A stretch of DNA of 64,000 bases. Source: Neoechinorhynchus agilis (lineage: Eukaryota > Animalia > Acanthocephala). Numbering within the stretch: the first letter of the stretch is position 1; every line of letters begins with the position of its first letter. Of the stretch, positions 11,668 to 23,777 are shown one piece after another. The notes below the pieces were generated by a model that saw nothing but the letters and a program-made list of their open reading frames with translations, was not told the DNA's origin and did not search any database. Location: assembly GCA_051530055.1 (NCBI GenBank), contig CM121343.1, positions 2,326,389-2,390,388 on the forward strand. The letters run 5' to 3'. Both the position numbers and the translations under genes were made by a program.

Positions 11668-12089
11668 CACAGTTATACAGTAGGCGTGAATTCTAAAATT
11701 AAACTGATTGTTTAAAGTTGTTTGAAAGGGCATATTTTAAATAATTGGGAGGATTAAAGTTTTTGGAAACAATTAGTTCAAATGTCTATGAAAAATATTA
11801 TCTCATATCTAAACCAAAGTTTAAATATGAGCTATATATCATAAGTTAAGGCGGTGAGTGATACTTTTGGCATCTAGTACCAATAAAACCGGATTCTTGG
11901 TCTTCATGAGAATATAATTATCCAGATTGACAACATGAATTCTCTTTAATTTTATTTTCTTTATAGTATTCTAAGTCAATTTCAAGAAGGGAAATTCGTA
12001 AAACAAGTTATTTGTAGTTTTCCTGTGACTAAGCCTGATTCATACATTTCCTAAATTAAGAACAATTTTCGCTTTGTTTATGTTAGTTT

Positions 12090-12715
12090 CCAGATCGGTC
12101 TTCAACCGACATACTTACCAAGCATTGTAATGAACCACGTTTGGACCTTGCAAGGGGACCACCGCACTGGTCCAGTCATCAACCAATGAGGCACAAAATC
12201 TCCGCGGTTATTTCGTATTCCCGGAGAGCCTTTCTAATACCATCCACTTGAGTTGCTTGGATTAAGCAAAGACATAGTATCGTCCGGGAATTGAGAAAAA
12301 GAAGATATCCTAGATGGATAATTGACGGCGATATTAAGAGGAGCAATCACCGAACACAGAACACAAAATCGCTCTCAGAGTCCGTGAAATTCGAAAGAGT
12401 TCAATTTCTTTTGGCGATGCAACAAACCAAATGATCAATTTGATTATAAGGACGGAGGTTGGAGTTCGAGTGTACAATAAGAAAGGTATCACTTTCGCAA
12501 ACATTTTTAAGGAGAAGGGACACAATGATCCGCCTCGTTGCGGCGTGTATAAAATACAGTGCACTCAATGTGGCAAGGCGTACATCGTTCACGTTTCGAT
12601 CACTCATTTGCGATTTCAAACCACCAGGAAACTATGCAACATCGCATAGATTTTGATGGCACTGAATTTATAGAGAAGGAGCAAAATCTTGGAAGGCGTC
12701 TTTCCTGGAGGCCTT
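12090..12715 (+). mobile_element. Diverged Penelope-like C-terminal (GIY-YIG) fragment of a second family
   Basis: RRYPRWII...CGVYKIQCTQCGKAYI...SFAISNHQETMQHRIDFDGTEFIEKEQN, with frameshifts. Confidence 0.7.
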
Positions 12716-12739
12716 GCACAAATCTCTGTGGCCGATACA

Positions 12740-14050
12740 ATTGAAGGTAATAAAGCGAATTTCAGCGTAAAACTACCTGCCAGTGACGTAGTCGCGATGG
12801 GCAACTGCCTAGCTCCCATATTAGGTTGCACTTTCCTTGATGGGTTGGAAAGGCATCACATCTACCCACAATTGTCGTCGAGTCAATTATATCTCCGATA
12901 CGTGGATGATGTGTTGCTGACCTACCGACAGGATTGTGAGGTTGATATAATCGAGCAAAGCCTCAATTCGATGGATCCGAATGGTCATATTCAGGTTACG
13001 CGAGATCAACCACGTGACTACCTGCCCTTCCTGAACATAAAGCTAAAAGCAGACAATCCTGCCGAACACAACTGGTTCAGGAAACCGTGCAAGAAGGATA
13101 TTGTCCTGCATCGACGATCGCACCACCCATGGGCTGTGAAACAAGCAATCTTCGGAGAAATGCTTAGAACGGCACAAATGTGTTCGTCGACGGCTCTCGT
13201 AAGGAAAGAAGCGGAGGAACGGGTCTGTGAATTGTTCGAAAAGAACGGCTATTCGAAGCTGGATCTTAAGAGGATGATGCAAAGAATGGAACGACCAGTT
13301 GGAAGTCGAAACCGGAAAAACGATCTTCCTCTTCTTCGAATCCCGTACGTGTCCGAACATTTTACTTGGAACGTTAAGAAGGCCATACGTGACTGCGGCA
13401 TTGAAGCACGAGTAGTGCACAGGACAAATCCGTCGCTAAAGCGGATGCTAATGCGGACAATGCATCACGAAGATACGAGGATTTGCCCAAAGGCCTGTCT
13501 GATGTGCAAGCACTGCCCGAAGAATGCTGGGGCAAAAAGCGATTGCTTCTCAAGCAACGTCGTCTACGAGATCACCTGCAGGAACTGTAAGGACGAAGGA
13601 CGTTCCTGCAATTATGTCGGGAAAACAGAGCGAACACTGCGTGAACGCATCACTGAGCACGTGCGTAATGCATGCAATCCGACCAGTCCAGCGTACGCAT
13701 CAACGCCCTGGGGCACCCACTTCGCTACCCGCCACGAGGGAGCCAGCCCGGTTTTTGACGTTGGGGTTCTTTATCGGGCATCAGATCCCATTGAACTCTC
13801 TATCTCGGAAGCCCTGCTGATCAACCGTGATTGGGTAGTGCGGTCGGGTGCAAGTGGGGATCTCGGCCGCGAACGAGAAAACCTGAACCGCCGGGACGAA
13901 TTGACAGGGAGCATGGACCTCTTGTGAACTCCCTTTGTGTGTTTTAGATTATCAAGGAACCTGAAGAAGGCGTGAGGCGCCGAAATATCGGATTCAATAA
14001 AAGATTGTGTGTGTGTTCCTCAACGTCTAAAAAATCAAAAACCATATACA
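12740..14050 (+). mobile_element. Penelope-like element: RT C-terminal half plus GIY-YIG, 5'-truncated
   Basis: AMGNCLAPILG, YLRYVDD, LPFLNI, WFRKP...HRRSHHP, LRIPYV and a GIY-YIG domain; stop at 13927, then a short 3' UTR with AATAAA. Confidence 0.92.
13956..13995 (+). ncRNA. Candidate minimal hammerhead-ribozyme motif in the Penelope 3' end (also at 2800-2839)
   Basis: CTGAAGA, then stem II GGCGT/GAG/GCGCC, then GAAATATC. Stem I pairing is imperfect. PLE termini are known to carry minimal hammerheads. Confidence 0.5.
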
Positions 14051-14449
14051 GTGCAGGGTTTACGAGCAGAGAACAAAGTCCCCGAACGTTGTTGGAAGTA
14101 GCAAACCTGTCAACCCGAGCCTATTAGATAAAACATAGAAAAAAAGCATTATCAAAAACCTTTTTAGATGATTGATAGGGCGAGGTTTAATCTTTCGAAA
14201 TATTTCAGTACAATAAAATGATTTTTAACCGGGATTATCTTCACCACAAGTAAAAATTTACCATCCCGATGGAATGTTTAAAACAAAATGCGCCTCAAAT
14301 ATTTCCAGTTGTTGGAGGAAGATTTTATGATATTTCTATGATGCGCTTCAAATATCGATCCACGCGCGCGTTTCGCCACATATCGATAAGCGCCCGTGAG
14401 GGCAACATAAGTGACCACGGTGTGTGAAAAGAGTCAGTTGTAGAAAAAC

Positions 14450-15960
14450 AATAAAACAGTTATGTCAGACACCACAACTGGCTACGAGATGTTGCGAACC
14501 ATTTTAAAGCAGCAGCAACTATTGAAACATTTGCTAACGCGGGACGATCCTAAAGGAGTTGTCAAGAAGGATACTATTCGAGCAGCGGTTTTTCGTCCTT
14601 TCCACGAGGAAAAAGAAAATTGACAAAGCTACAAACAACAGTTTAGTTTTTACTTTGCGGTGAAAGGTGTCTCCAATCAAGTGTCTCATGTTTTCTTCTG
14701 ACAACGTATCAATTGATATCGAGTCTGCGCTGGCAAAGAGTTAAATGAGTACACAAACGACGAGCTGAAAGAGCTCCTGGACGTTCACTATGCGCGACCA
14801 GTTCATTTCGTCGCGGCATGTTTTGCATCTAATCTGTGCGAAATGAAAAGTGGTCAAACGTATGCTTCCTGGATCGCAAATTTACGAGAAAATGCTCAAA
14901 ATTGTCAACCTATCGATCAGTACGGGAAAAGCATATGACCGCATCAGGGATAAAATAGTGATTATAATGCGAAGAAGTTAGGAACAAAATTCTCCAAGAT
15001 GTGATCAAAATATGTGAGACTTCCGAAATGTTGAAAGATACGCCATGCAAGAAAAGGAGTGTGGGTCGAGAACCTCTGACCGACTCCGAAGTGAACACCT
15101 CGATGGGATCTTACAGTGACGGAGTAAACCCTATCAGAAGGCAAAGAACGTTGTGGAGGATGCGTACTCAAACACGATCAAGACAATTGTCCAGCTAGAG
15201 ATATAAAGTGTTTCACGTGTAAGCGCCTGGGCCATTTTCTATCATGCAGTTGATCGCGGAATCCTATAGATCAATTGGAAGAGCTGAATGCGAAATCGGA
15301 TTGGCCGAATTATGTATGTCATAGCTTACCCTGCCAGCAGTTTGAAACAGGCAGAGATTCCGCCCTTTCCTCAACCGAACAGTTTTTAACTAAACATAAA
15401 ACGATTTTTGGCTGTTCGACCGCACCGGTTAATAATACAGAAATATTTTTAGCGATCGCCTTCTAGGGAACCCCGAGAAGGCGAATTCCACTAACATTGA
15501 AGGATAAAGTAGAAAAGGAGTTGATGCGACAAACGGAAGCAAAAGTGCTCGAGAAAGTCGATCTTCGTGATGACTCTATCGATTGGGCAGCGCCAATAGT
15601 AGTTGCTAGAAAACCACATGATGACATAAAGATATGTGGTGGCTTCAGAGTCACGATCAACCCACATCTAGCGATCGATAGTTATGCGATTCCAACATGG
15701 GAAGAGATTGTTAGCGAAATAGCTGGTGTAGAGCAGTACTCCAGGTCGGATTTTAAAGATGCATATTTACAATTGCCCGTCAAAATGAAATCTATGAAAT
15801 ATCTAACCATTGGCACTCATAGAGGATTTTTTCGTTATAAGAGGTTGACACTTGGGATCAACTTAGCACCTGCCATATTTCAACGTTATATGGACGAATT
15901 GTTCGAAGGAATTCCGGGAGTCGCCATTTATTTGGACGATGTGCTGTTGATTACACTATA
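14450..15960 (+). mobile_element. Ty3/Gypsy remnant (gag with zinc knuckle, RT N-terminal half)
   Basis: Gag-like ELLDVHYARPVHFVAA...ASWIANLRENAQNC, knuckle CFTCKRLGHFLSC, RT WAAPIVVARKP...YLDD; degraded; no LTR pair found. Confidence 0.85.
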
Positions 15961-16349
15961 ATTAAGAAACAACGGCCAGTCACGATCGCTCAAGTTTATA
16001 AGGATAATGCTACAATCTTCAGATTAGAACGCTACCTAAACTTGGTGAACGACCCAATTATGCTGGGGCTGATTAGCGCCTGTTATATGTATTCAACAAT
16101 GGCAGAGCTACAAGCAGCAATTCTCTTGAGAGCTCGAGCAAAGCTTCCCGATCTACCAGAAATCGTTAATGCAGTAGATATGGGTAATGTGATCGATTTT
16201 CTAGGATCGCACAGATGCTTCCTCAGCGAAAGCCAATCACATGGTGAATTGCGAACATCAAATTTATTTTGATGACGCAAATGTGATAAGCGAATATCCG
16301 AATTTAAGAAAAATCGATTAATAATGGAAGCCATCGAAATACGCTGCTC

Positions 16350-18599
16350 ACTTGGTCGAGACCGACCCCCAGGCCCCGCAGACTGGTCAAAATAAAGCAA
16401 CAGCGAGAGAAGCCCATCAAAGGAATTAATAATGGAGCTACGCAATAGTATTATCTTCAATAGTGACATCCAAAGTGTTCAGTAAGCGAAAAGATTGATG
16501 AAATATTTAATCGAACAATATAACAATTTTGCCTGTGAAGTAAATGCGTTCTCGAAACAAAGAAAAGGAAGATTCGAAAAAGAGATAAAACGCATAGCAA
16601 TGAAGAGTGAACGCGGATCATCGAAAACATAACGATTAATCCTTCCAAAATCGGTCAGGAATTTTAGTTCGAAGCTCAGAAAATTTTCCTATTTAAATTA
16701 TTACAGCAAATCTTTAAAATTGTCAAAATAAAGTATTGATTTCTGTGGTAAGTACGCTATTGATTGTGCTGGCGTAAATGTGCATAAAAAAAGTGTGTTG
16801 AGCACACAGAGAGTTTTTGAAATAAGAAAAGATCGCTGTTTGGTTCATCAACCATGTCAACAATTTCCTTCTTAATTAAGCGCGGATATCTACTTAATTA
16901 AAGTGAGATATTCAAATCCAAATTTTCTTAAAAGCATTTACTTACATCTCAAGTTTAGAAAGCCGAAATGCTCGATTTTCTCGAAATCATTCATAAAAAG
17001 AGCACAACGACAACCATTTCCAAATCACGAATTACGTTGCGCGTCCGATTCGACGTTGAGCGAAAACGTGAAAAAACGAAAGAAACGCACTTTTAATTTT
17101 TTTACGTCGTTCGAGTTACGTCCATAATCAAAGTGTTGATTTCTTTACTAACGATTTGGGAGGATAATTAGCGAAGAAATGGCTAAAAGTGTTAAATATA
17201 ATAAAAAAATTGAAAAAGCAGTCCAGGGAAGATGCATTCGATGAACAAATCATCGAATATTTACAAAGCTACTTTAAAACAAACATTTTTTCCATGCCTT
17301 GTTCAGTTCTACAGAACTCGCTTCCGAATTAGAGTAACACTCGCATCATTCCTGTGGACGATAATCCACACTGAACAAATCCTACAAATTTAAGCCATCC
17401 AATCGTAATCCATAGAATTTAGAACTTCACATCATCTAACGTTTGATTTTTTGCGATTCCACAAACAATAAATTTGCAATTCTCTTTGGTTCGTGGGTAT
17501 TTCATTCTTCAATTGAATGGAACGACAAGCAATCACCAACAGTGAATTCCTATCTAAAGACCTTAAACTAAATTTTTGCTCTGGACGAAGTTAAACAGCG
17601 TGTTTTAAAAACTCCTTGGATCCAGGAATCATTCGCTAAACTAAAAGATCCTGTATCTGAGATTGATTTAAGGCACGAAATCGATTTTGATTGGATCTGT
17701 CTTTAAGAAAAGCACTACTAATAAGAAGATATTTTCGTATAAGGTTTAAAATGCCAACGAACTTTATTACTGATTTTTATTATTAGGATTGGATTTTGTG
17801 GATAAATTTATGTGTATAGTCCAGATTCGTTAAGGTATACTAAACCGCTTTTAATTTGAACCTTTATTTTCAGTTAAAATAAAACAAAACAAACACAATG
17901 CCGTATTTACATTCTTGAGCGATTTTGGTTTATTGCAACTAAGAATTGTTTAAATCCAAGCTAAACGGACATTGATAATTGTGAGCATTTTGGGGGTTAA
18001 AAAGCCCAATTATAATTGTCAAAGCATTTTTAGTGCTAGAATAAAACAAAAAGTTAAATCCTCAACTGAATTTTCAAATTCACTTAGATTAATTATTGTA
18101 TAAATGTATTGCAATTATGTTTTGTTGATAATTAATCTTTTACTTGGATAATTTTATTAAAATTCACCGGTTACACACACAACAACAAAGCGTTTCAACA
18201 ATCCCCACCGTCCACGAAGAAGAGGCATCGCTCTCCCATCCCGAGACCAATGTTTTTGCGCAGGAAGGCGCCAGCTCTTGTATTTCCTGTCTTGGCCTGG
18301 AGTCTACTCGATAATTCCTTCGTAAATCTAAGTGCCGAGCTACCGGGCGCACCAAGAGTCTTCACTCCAAAGGGTACAAAAACGTGAGACCTACTTAATT
18401 CTTTATATTTTCCCGCCTTGCGGTCCACCTCGGCAGTAGCCGCTCCCCCTGTGGACTGCACCACAAACCTCCTGTTACTTGCCGCGAACGTGGCGAACCA
18501 GAGAAGACATTTGCCTTCTCGCCACGGGAATACGGTGACGCCATCCGGACGACCACCATCAAGCCTGCATAGGTTGCTTGACTCTAAAATGTTTGGGAC
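16350..18599. repeat. Composite repeat copy 2; 16695-18599 is near-identical to 37175-39015
   Basis: The ORF-track peptides at 16903 and 37383 are identical, as are (nearly) those at 18164 and 38643. Direct comparison shows few substitutions. Confidence 0.92.
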
Positions 18600-19610
18600 G
18601 TTCACCGCATTTAGGGCACACGAAATTACGTCGTTCAATTCAACATGCCGTGAGAAACGCCCCCCTGAATTGTTGCAAACAAGACAATGTCTCCTCAGTA
18701 GATTCACGATCATTCCAGGCCGGCAACGATGTTCGATACAAATCGGTAGACCTAATATGAGGAACACTCCGATCCGACTGCTTCGCCTACGAGGAGTTTT
18801 CCCGCGGATGCAATGGGTAGGGCTTCCAACCATGCTCCCGATTCTCTTGTAGAGACTGCCAGCAATCTAGCCCGGTAGATCTCGTCGCGAGAGCCTGAAA
18901 TTAGAGAATTATGAGCTCGAGCGACTAAAGGTTAATCCCAGATGGGCTGCTTTAGGCCATTTACGGGAACTTGTTTGTAACCTGTCTTCTCCCGCGATTC
19001 CTGGACCGCCACTAGAAATTCGTCCGCTAAACAGAACTTGGGTCCCAATATACGTTTTACCAGATCTAAATTCCCTTCGAGTGATCTTAAAAACGCGGAC
19101 AACGACACATCTACTGTTTTTCGAATACCCAAGCCACCGGACGATACAGGCAATGAAGCTTGTAACGAGGCATCGTCTGATAGCTGGATATTTAAAATGT
19201 GCTCGAGACACGTTTTCACCGTGTCATCGAGCTTCTTTAACTTATTGACGTGCTTGAAGAACGAAGCCGTGCGCAGTTTATAAAGTAGTTTCGGGATGAA
19301 GAGGGTATTCTTGATCAGGAATAGAGCATCGTGTGACGAAAGTTCCCGGACTCTATCGCACAGCATTGTGATGTTCGGGAGTAGAAAGTCGATAACATTT
19401 TCCACATTAGAATCAAAAACGCAGCTCCGTAGAAGAGCCAGCCTGTCTAGAGTGATCAATTCTAAACCGGCTGCCAGATTCCTAAAACCTTTGACGATTT
19501 GCTCTGCGCTGACTCGTCTTCGATGTTCATTACCAACAGTTTGCATTTCCTTGCATTATGCTAATCTCGCAGTCTCCCTTACGAGTGTCTCCAGATCGCG
19601 AGTCTTTTCT
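18150..19610 (-). mobile_element. CRE-clade non-LTR retrotransposon 3' part (RT C-terminus, zinc finger, restriction-like endonuclease)
   Basis: LPVSSGGLGIR, HCLVC...RHVELNDVI, RPDGVTVFPWREGKCLLW, KYKELSRSHVFVPFGVKTLG; AATAAA near the 3' end. Confidence 0.85.
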
Positions 19611-20357
19611 CAAATTATTCTTGGAATATTGAACAACCCATAAAGTAAAGTGTGGTTATTAAAGCTCGTCGATATTTTCAACTGGATAAGAAGTACCGTT
19701 AGCCCGGAATCGGCACTATTAATACCACAGAATGACAAAGATCTTCTATTCGTTAACTTGAATTCAGAATTCATTAAATTTCTTTTTGTCCAGTTTTACG
19801 ATCCAGCTGTAGAATCGAACCTCAAAGTCACGATGAAACTGAGATCGTTAATTTCATCAATTCAAGCTAAAATCAAGAAACCATCAGTTTTGTGAATGTC
19901 TTTTAAAAACTTGCGTAGAAGACAAAATTCGCAATTTTCCATGCCAAAATTGTACGCACGGTTCCTAAAAACGGAATGGTAAATGGATATTTTAATTTGA
20001 ATTTTCTTCAAATGTTTTTCAAATTAAAGCTCAAAACGATAATAATACAACGTTAATCAAGAGGCTAGAGGAATTTCCCTTGTCTATGCAGAAGATTTAT
20101 TAGTATTGATTTTGTTTTAACAGTCGAAATCACTGCATTTCTGAATTTATTTGCTTTAGGGTTTTTGTAACCAACCAAACGAAATCTTTTGTCGAGAATT
20201 CAAAACATGAATATAGCTATATTTATTTGGTTACCATGACGATCCAAAGAGACAATGATACTTAAGCATTGGTTTAAGAGTAATCTTGATGGTAATTAAG
20301 GTATCCAGTACGATTCGACTTCTGAACCCATGTAATCAACAAAACGAAAGTTCGTCC

Positions 20358-20939
20358 ATGAGTTTGGTTTCGGAAATAGCTAGGCGGGAGCAGTCACCGT
20401 ACTATGAGATTGCAAAGACCCGACGTCTTGTAAGACAAACCCGAAAAAAACTTGCCCTGATAAAGAAGGAGATCGTTGCAATAAAAGACGATCTATCTCT
20501 TTACAACGGTGATTCTGTACAGACCCAAGAATTGGAAGTTCGAATCGACGACAATTTGAGAGAGTTACGTAAAGTGGCAGTAGATTCGAAGAACACGCCG
20601 ATCGCCTGTAAAGTTTATAACATTGCATCTCGCGAATACGCAATTTATCAGAGCTTTATGTTACATAAGAAATTCTTTAGTGATGTTATACCGGCGGAAA
20701 AACGAGTTAAGCGATTAATGAAACGAACAAGTAATCACTTTAGTTTCCAAATGCCCTCCGATTCGCTGAAGAGCTGTTTGCTCGAGCTCAACGAAATAAA
20801 GAATTTATCGAAATTGATGGAAATGAACGAGAACGCTCACAAAAGATTAGGAATAATCGATAAATTAATGGATGAATTAATGAAGATTTACAAAAAAGAT
20901 CAGAGCCGACGGAAAGTCTCTGTAGAAAACAAAGATTAA
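20358..20939 (+). CDS. Hypothetical coiled-coil protein (~193 aa; an upstream exon is possible)
   Basis: Stop-free ORF rich in K/E/L with a heptad-like pattern, no TE motif, AT-rich flanks. Confidence 0.55.
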   Translation: MSLVSEIARREQSPYYEIAKTRRLVRQTRKKLALIKKEIVAIKDDLSLYNGDSVQTQELEVRIDDNLRELRKVAVDSKNTPIACKVYNIASREYAIYQSFMLHKKFFSDVIPAEKRVKRLMKRTSNHFSFQMPSDSLKSCLLELNEIKNLSKLMEMNENAHKRLGIIDKLMDELMKIYKKDQSRRKVSVENKD

Positions 20940-21489
20940 TTATAAATTTAAACAATATTTTTTTCTGACATATTTTGTTTAAGTATTCCGAAATCCTTAT
21001 TCTCAGCATCGTCACAACACGCAACTCACGAAATAATTCTATGTGAAAAAAATAGAATTATTAAATACATCTAATAAGTTAAGTTAATAATTTTCAAATG
21101 AGCATTGTTCTGATGGAATAGCACCGCTAATACTTCGAATGGCGAATGCGTCGCTGGCCATCAGCTGAAGACTTGCAGGATCAAGAACTTTGTTTCCAGA
21201 ATTGTCCCATATTTCCCAGCAAATATAATGAAATCAAATCCAGAATTGAAAGTCCCGCTTGCGGATATTCCAAAACACACCGAATTCTACTACATATCAC
21301 ATTATCCCACTGAATCATTAATCCTCACGGTACGAAAAGACGCTTTTAAGAAATCGAAGTCAAGAGTGGTTTTAATTGAATTGTAGTTACTTTGCGGCCG
21401 CTCAATTAAAATCCACGTGTTCTGCATTTAGGCGTTTATTCAACAAAAAACCGCGAACTAACAATCTAGCAAATGGACGGGTGCACGTA

Positions 21490-23777
21490 CATGTCCATAC
21501 ACACGATCAGTATATGTGAAATGCGCGCTGTCGTCGTCGCATTCTACCCCATTCATAATTTTTAAGGTAAGGTGGAGGGTTTCGAATTCGAGGTGGATCG
21601 ACATTTATTGCTGTGCATCGTCGGAACTTTCTATTTCGTTTTGCTCAGGTGTGGCGGCTCCTTCTGAATCGTCTGTATCTCGCCATCGTCGTGCTCCTCC
21701 AACGATCGGAACTCTTGAAGAGGATTGTATTCATCGCTGGGGTATCGGGCAAGTTACCTGGTCGATACCACGCTTCTGCGCTCATCATCAAACTGTATGG
21801 TTGAGTATCCTGGATTAGCACTCAATAAATTCACTTTTTCCATCTGATCGTCATATTTGCTATTGGTGGCCGTCTTTCTATGCCACACCGGACCAGGATT
21901 GCAGAGCCACGGTGGCAGTGAATTAGAGTATCTTGATTGCTGAGGGAAGGCGAACAAACGTTCGTGAGGAGTGGTGTTCGTCGATGTGCAGAGGAGTGAC
22001 CTGATCGCGTGGAGAGTCATGGGCAACACAGTTTCCCATGCGGATATAGGTAGCAATTTCGATTTGAGAAGCATTCGAATGTTTTGCCACAGTACCCCAA
22101 CATATCGCTCGCATTGTCCGTTGCCCCGCCGATTATACGGACTGGAGTGACTAGTCGGAACTCCCAAGTTAGACAGGAAAGATCTGTTCTCCTCCGATCG
22201 AAAACAGCTTCCATTATCACTGTAAAGGTATTCGGGAAGCCCAAACAGGGTGAATACTTGCTCCAAGCACGATCTAACCGTCCGACTAGAAGTGTCCTTA
22301 CACGCGAAAGCAAGAGGGAAGCGTGAATATTCGTCCACCACGAGAAATATGTACTTGTTGATCGAGGAGCTCGGTAAAGGACCTTTAAAATCGACTACTA
22401 GCCTTTCAAAAGGCCTAGTTGCTTTGATCACGTGCAAATCCGGAGGTCTGTAGAATCGTGGTTTGAACTCGGCACATATCGGGCATCGTTCACAAACCCG
22501 TCGTACGTCATTTATGGAGTACGGCAAGTTTTTGGTTTTCACAAAGTGAGCCAGTCGCTGCACGCCGGGATGAGCCTAGTCTTCGTGTGTTGTCTTCAGG
22601 TCAATGGAATTGGTCGCGTTACTTTCCAATCGGGAAAAGGCATCTGCACTCGCATTCAGCCGACCACGCCGATATTTGATTTCAAACTTGAAGCACGACA
22701 GTTCGATCCTCCATCGCTGAATCTTGTCGTTCTTGATTTTGCTGTTGTGGTGTTTGCTGAACATAAATGATATGGACTGTTGATCGGTTACAATCACAAA
22801 CGTTCTGCCAAGCAGGCAGTGTCGCCAATTTCGTACGCTCTCCACGATCGCCTGTGCTTCCTTTCCAATTGCAGGGTGCTTCCGTTCCGAGGGTGACAAG
22901 GTTCGGGAGAAGAACGCCACAGGTTTGCCCTCCTGACTGAGTGTTGCAGCTATGGCTGCCTCCGATGCATCTGTCTCCAGCACTAGTAGACCTGAAGGGT
23001 TAAAAGAGCTTAGAGCCGCTATTCCGATTTCCTGCTTGATAGACTCGAACGCCTCCTTTGTTTCCTGCGCCAAGGGGAATTTGTCACTCCTGATTATCGG
23101 ATGAATTTTTGTCGAAAAATCTGGTATCCAATTTGAATAATATGAGAATATTCCCATACAATGCTTTAAAGCGGCAGTGTCCATTGGAGGCTTCAACGCC
23201 ATCAAACTCTCTATTCTCGCAGAGTCAGGTTTTATACTTCGATGTGAAATGAGGTAACCAAGCATCGCTATTTGGTTCGTTCTGAAAACGCATTTGCCCT
23301 CATTAAATTTCAACCCTAGGTCCCTTGCGACTGTTTCGAACTTCTCTAAATTAATATTATGTTCTTCGATTGTTGATCCGCAAATAGTAATGTTGTCCAG
23401 ATAGGCGTACGTACCGTTCAGCGAATTATTTGCTATGATCGAGTCCATCACTCTTTGAAACACGGCTACCCCGTTTGTAACTCCAAATGGGATCCGGGTG
23501 AATTCGTAAAGGCCCCCATCTGCTTCAAAAGCCGTATAAACCCCATCTAATCTGTTTATGGGTATTTGGTGGTAGGCATGTCTAAGATCGATAGTGGTGT
23601 AATACATGTATTGGGCTACTTCTCTAGCCAGATCCTCAATTTTGGGAAGGGGGTAAGCATCAAGCTCAGTGTATCTGTTGATGGTGGACGCGTAATCAAT
23701 TACCATTCGAGGCTTTCCGGCTCATGTCCATACACACGATCAGTATATGTGAAATGCCCGCTGTCGTCGTCACATTC
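21490..23777 (-). mobile_element. Internally deleted Ty3/Gypsy element (RT-RNaseH-integrase) between 55-bp direct repeats
   Basis: YLDN, LETDAS, HHCC zinc motif (H..C.RLAH...C..C) and DDE core (VDFKGP, YSDNG, GQCER). Direct repeats at 21490-21544 and 23723-23777. A purine-rich GGGGTAGAA precedes the 3' repeat on the minus strand. Gag and PR are absent. Confidence 0.88.

Larger units (their letters stand above)
8742..11729 (+). repeat. ~1.49-kb head-to-tail tandem duplication containing the RING gene
   Basis: Unit 1 ~8742-10229 and unit 2 ~10231-11729 have matching starts (ctccaaa.ttatgttcgaattttttggc) and ends (gtttaaagttgtttgaaagg). Confidence 0.9.

Noticed and set aside
14335-14450. Possible LTR end and PBS upstream of the 14.4-kb gag (..tttcgccaca)
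   Set aside because: No second copy, TSD or convincing tRNA-complementary PBS was found.
16903-17127. 74-aa ORF repeated at 37383-37607
   Set aside because: The identity comes from the recent duplication; it is an AT-rich frame with a GTG start and no domain.
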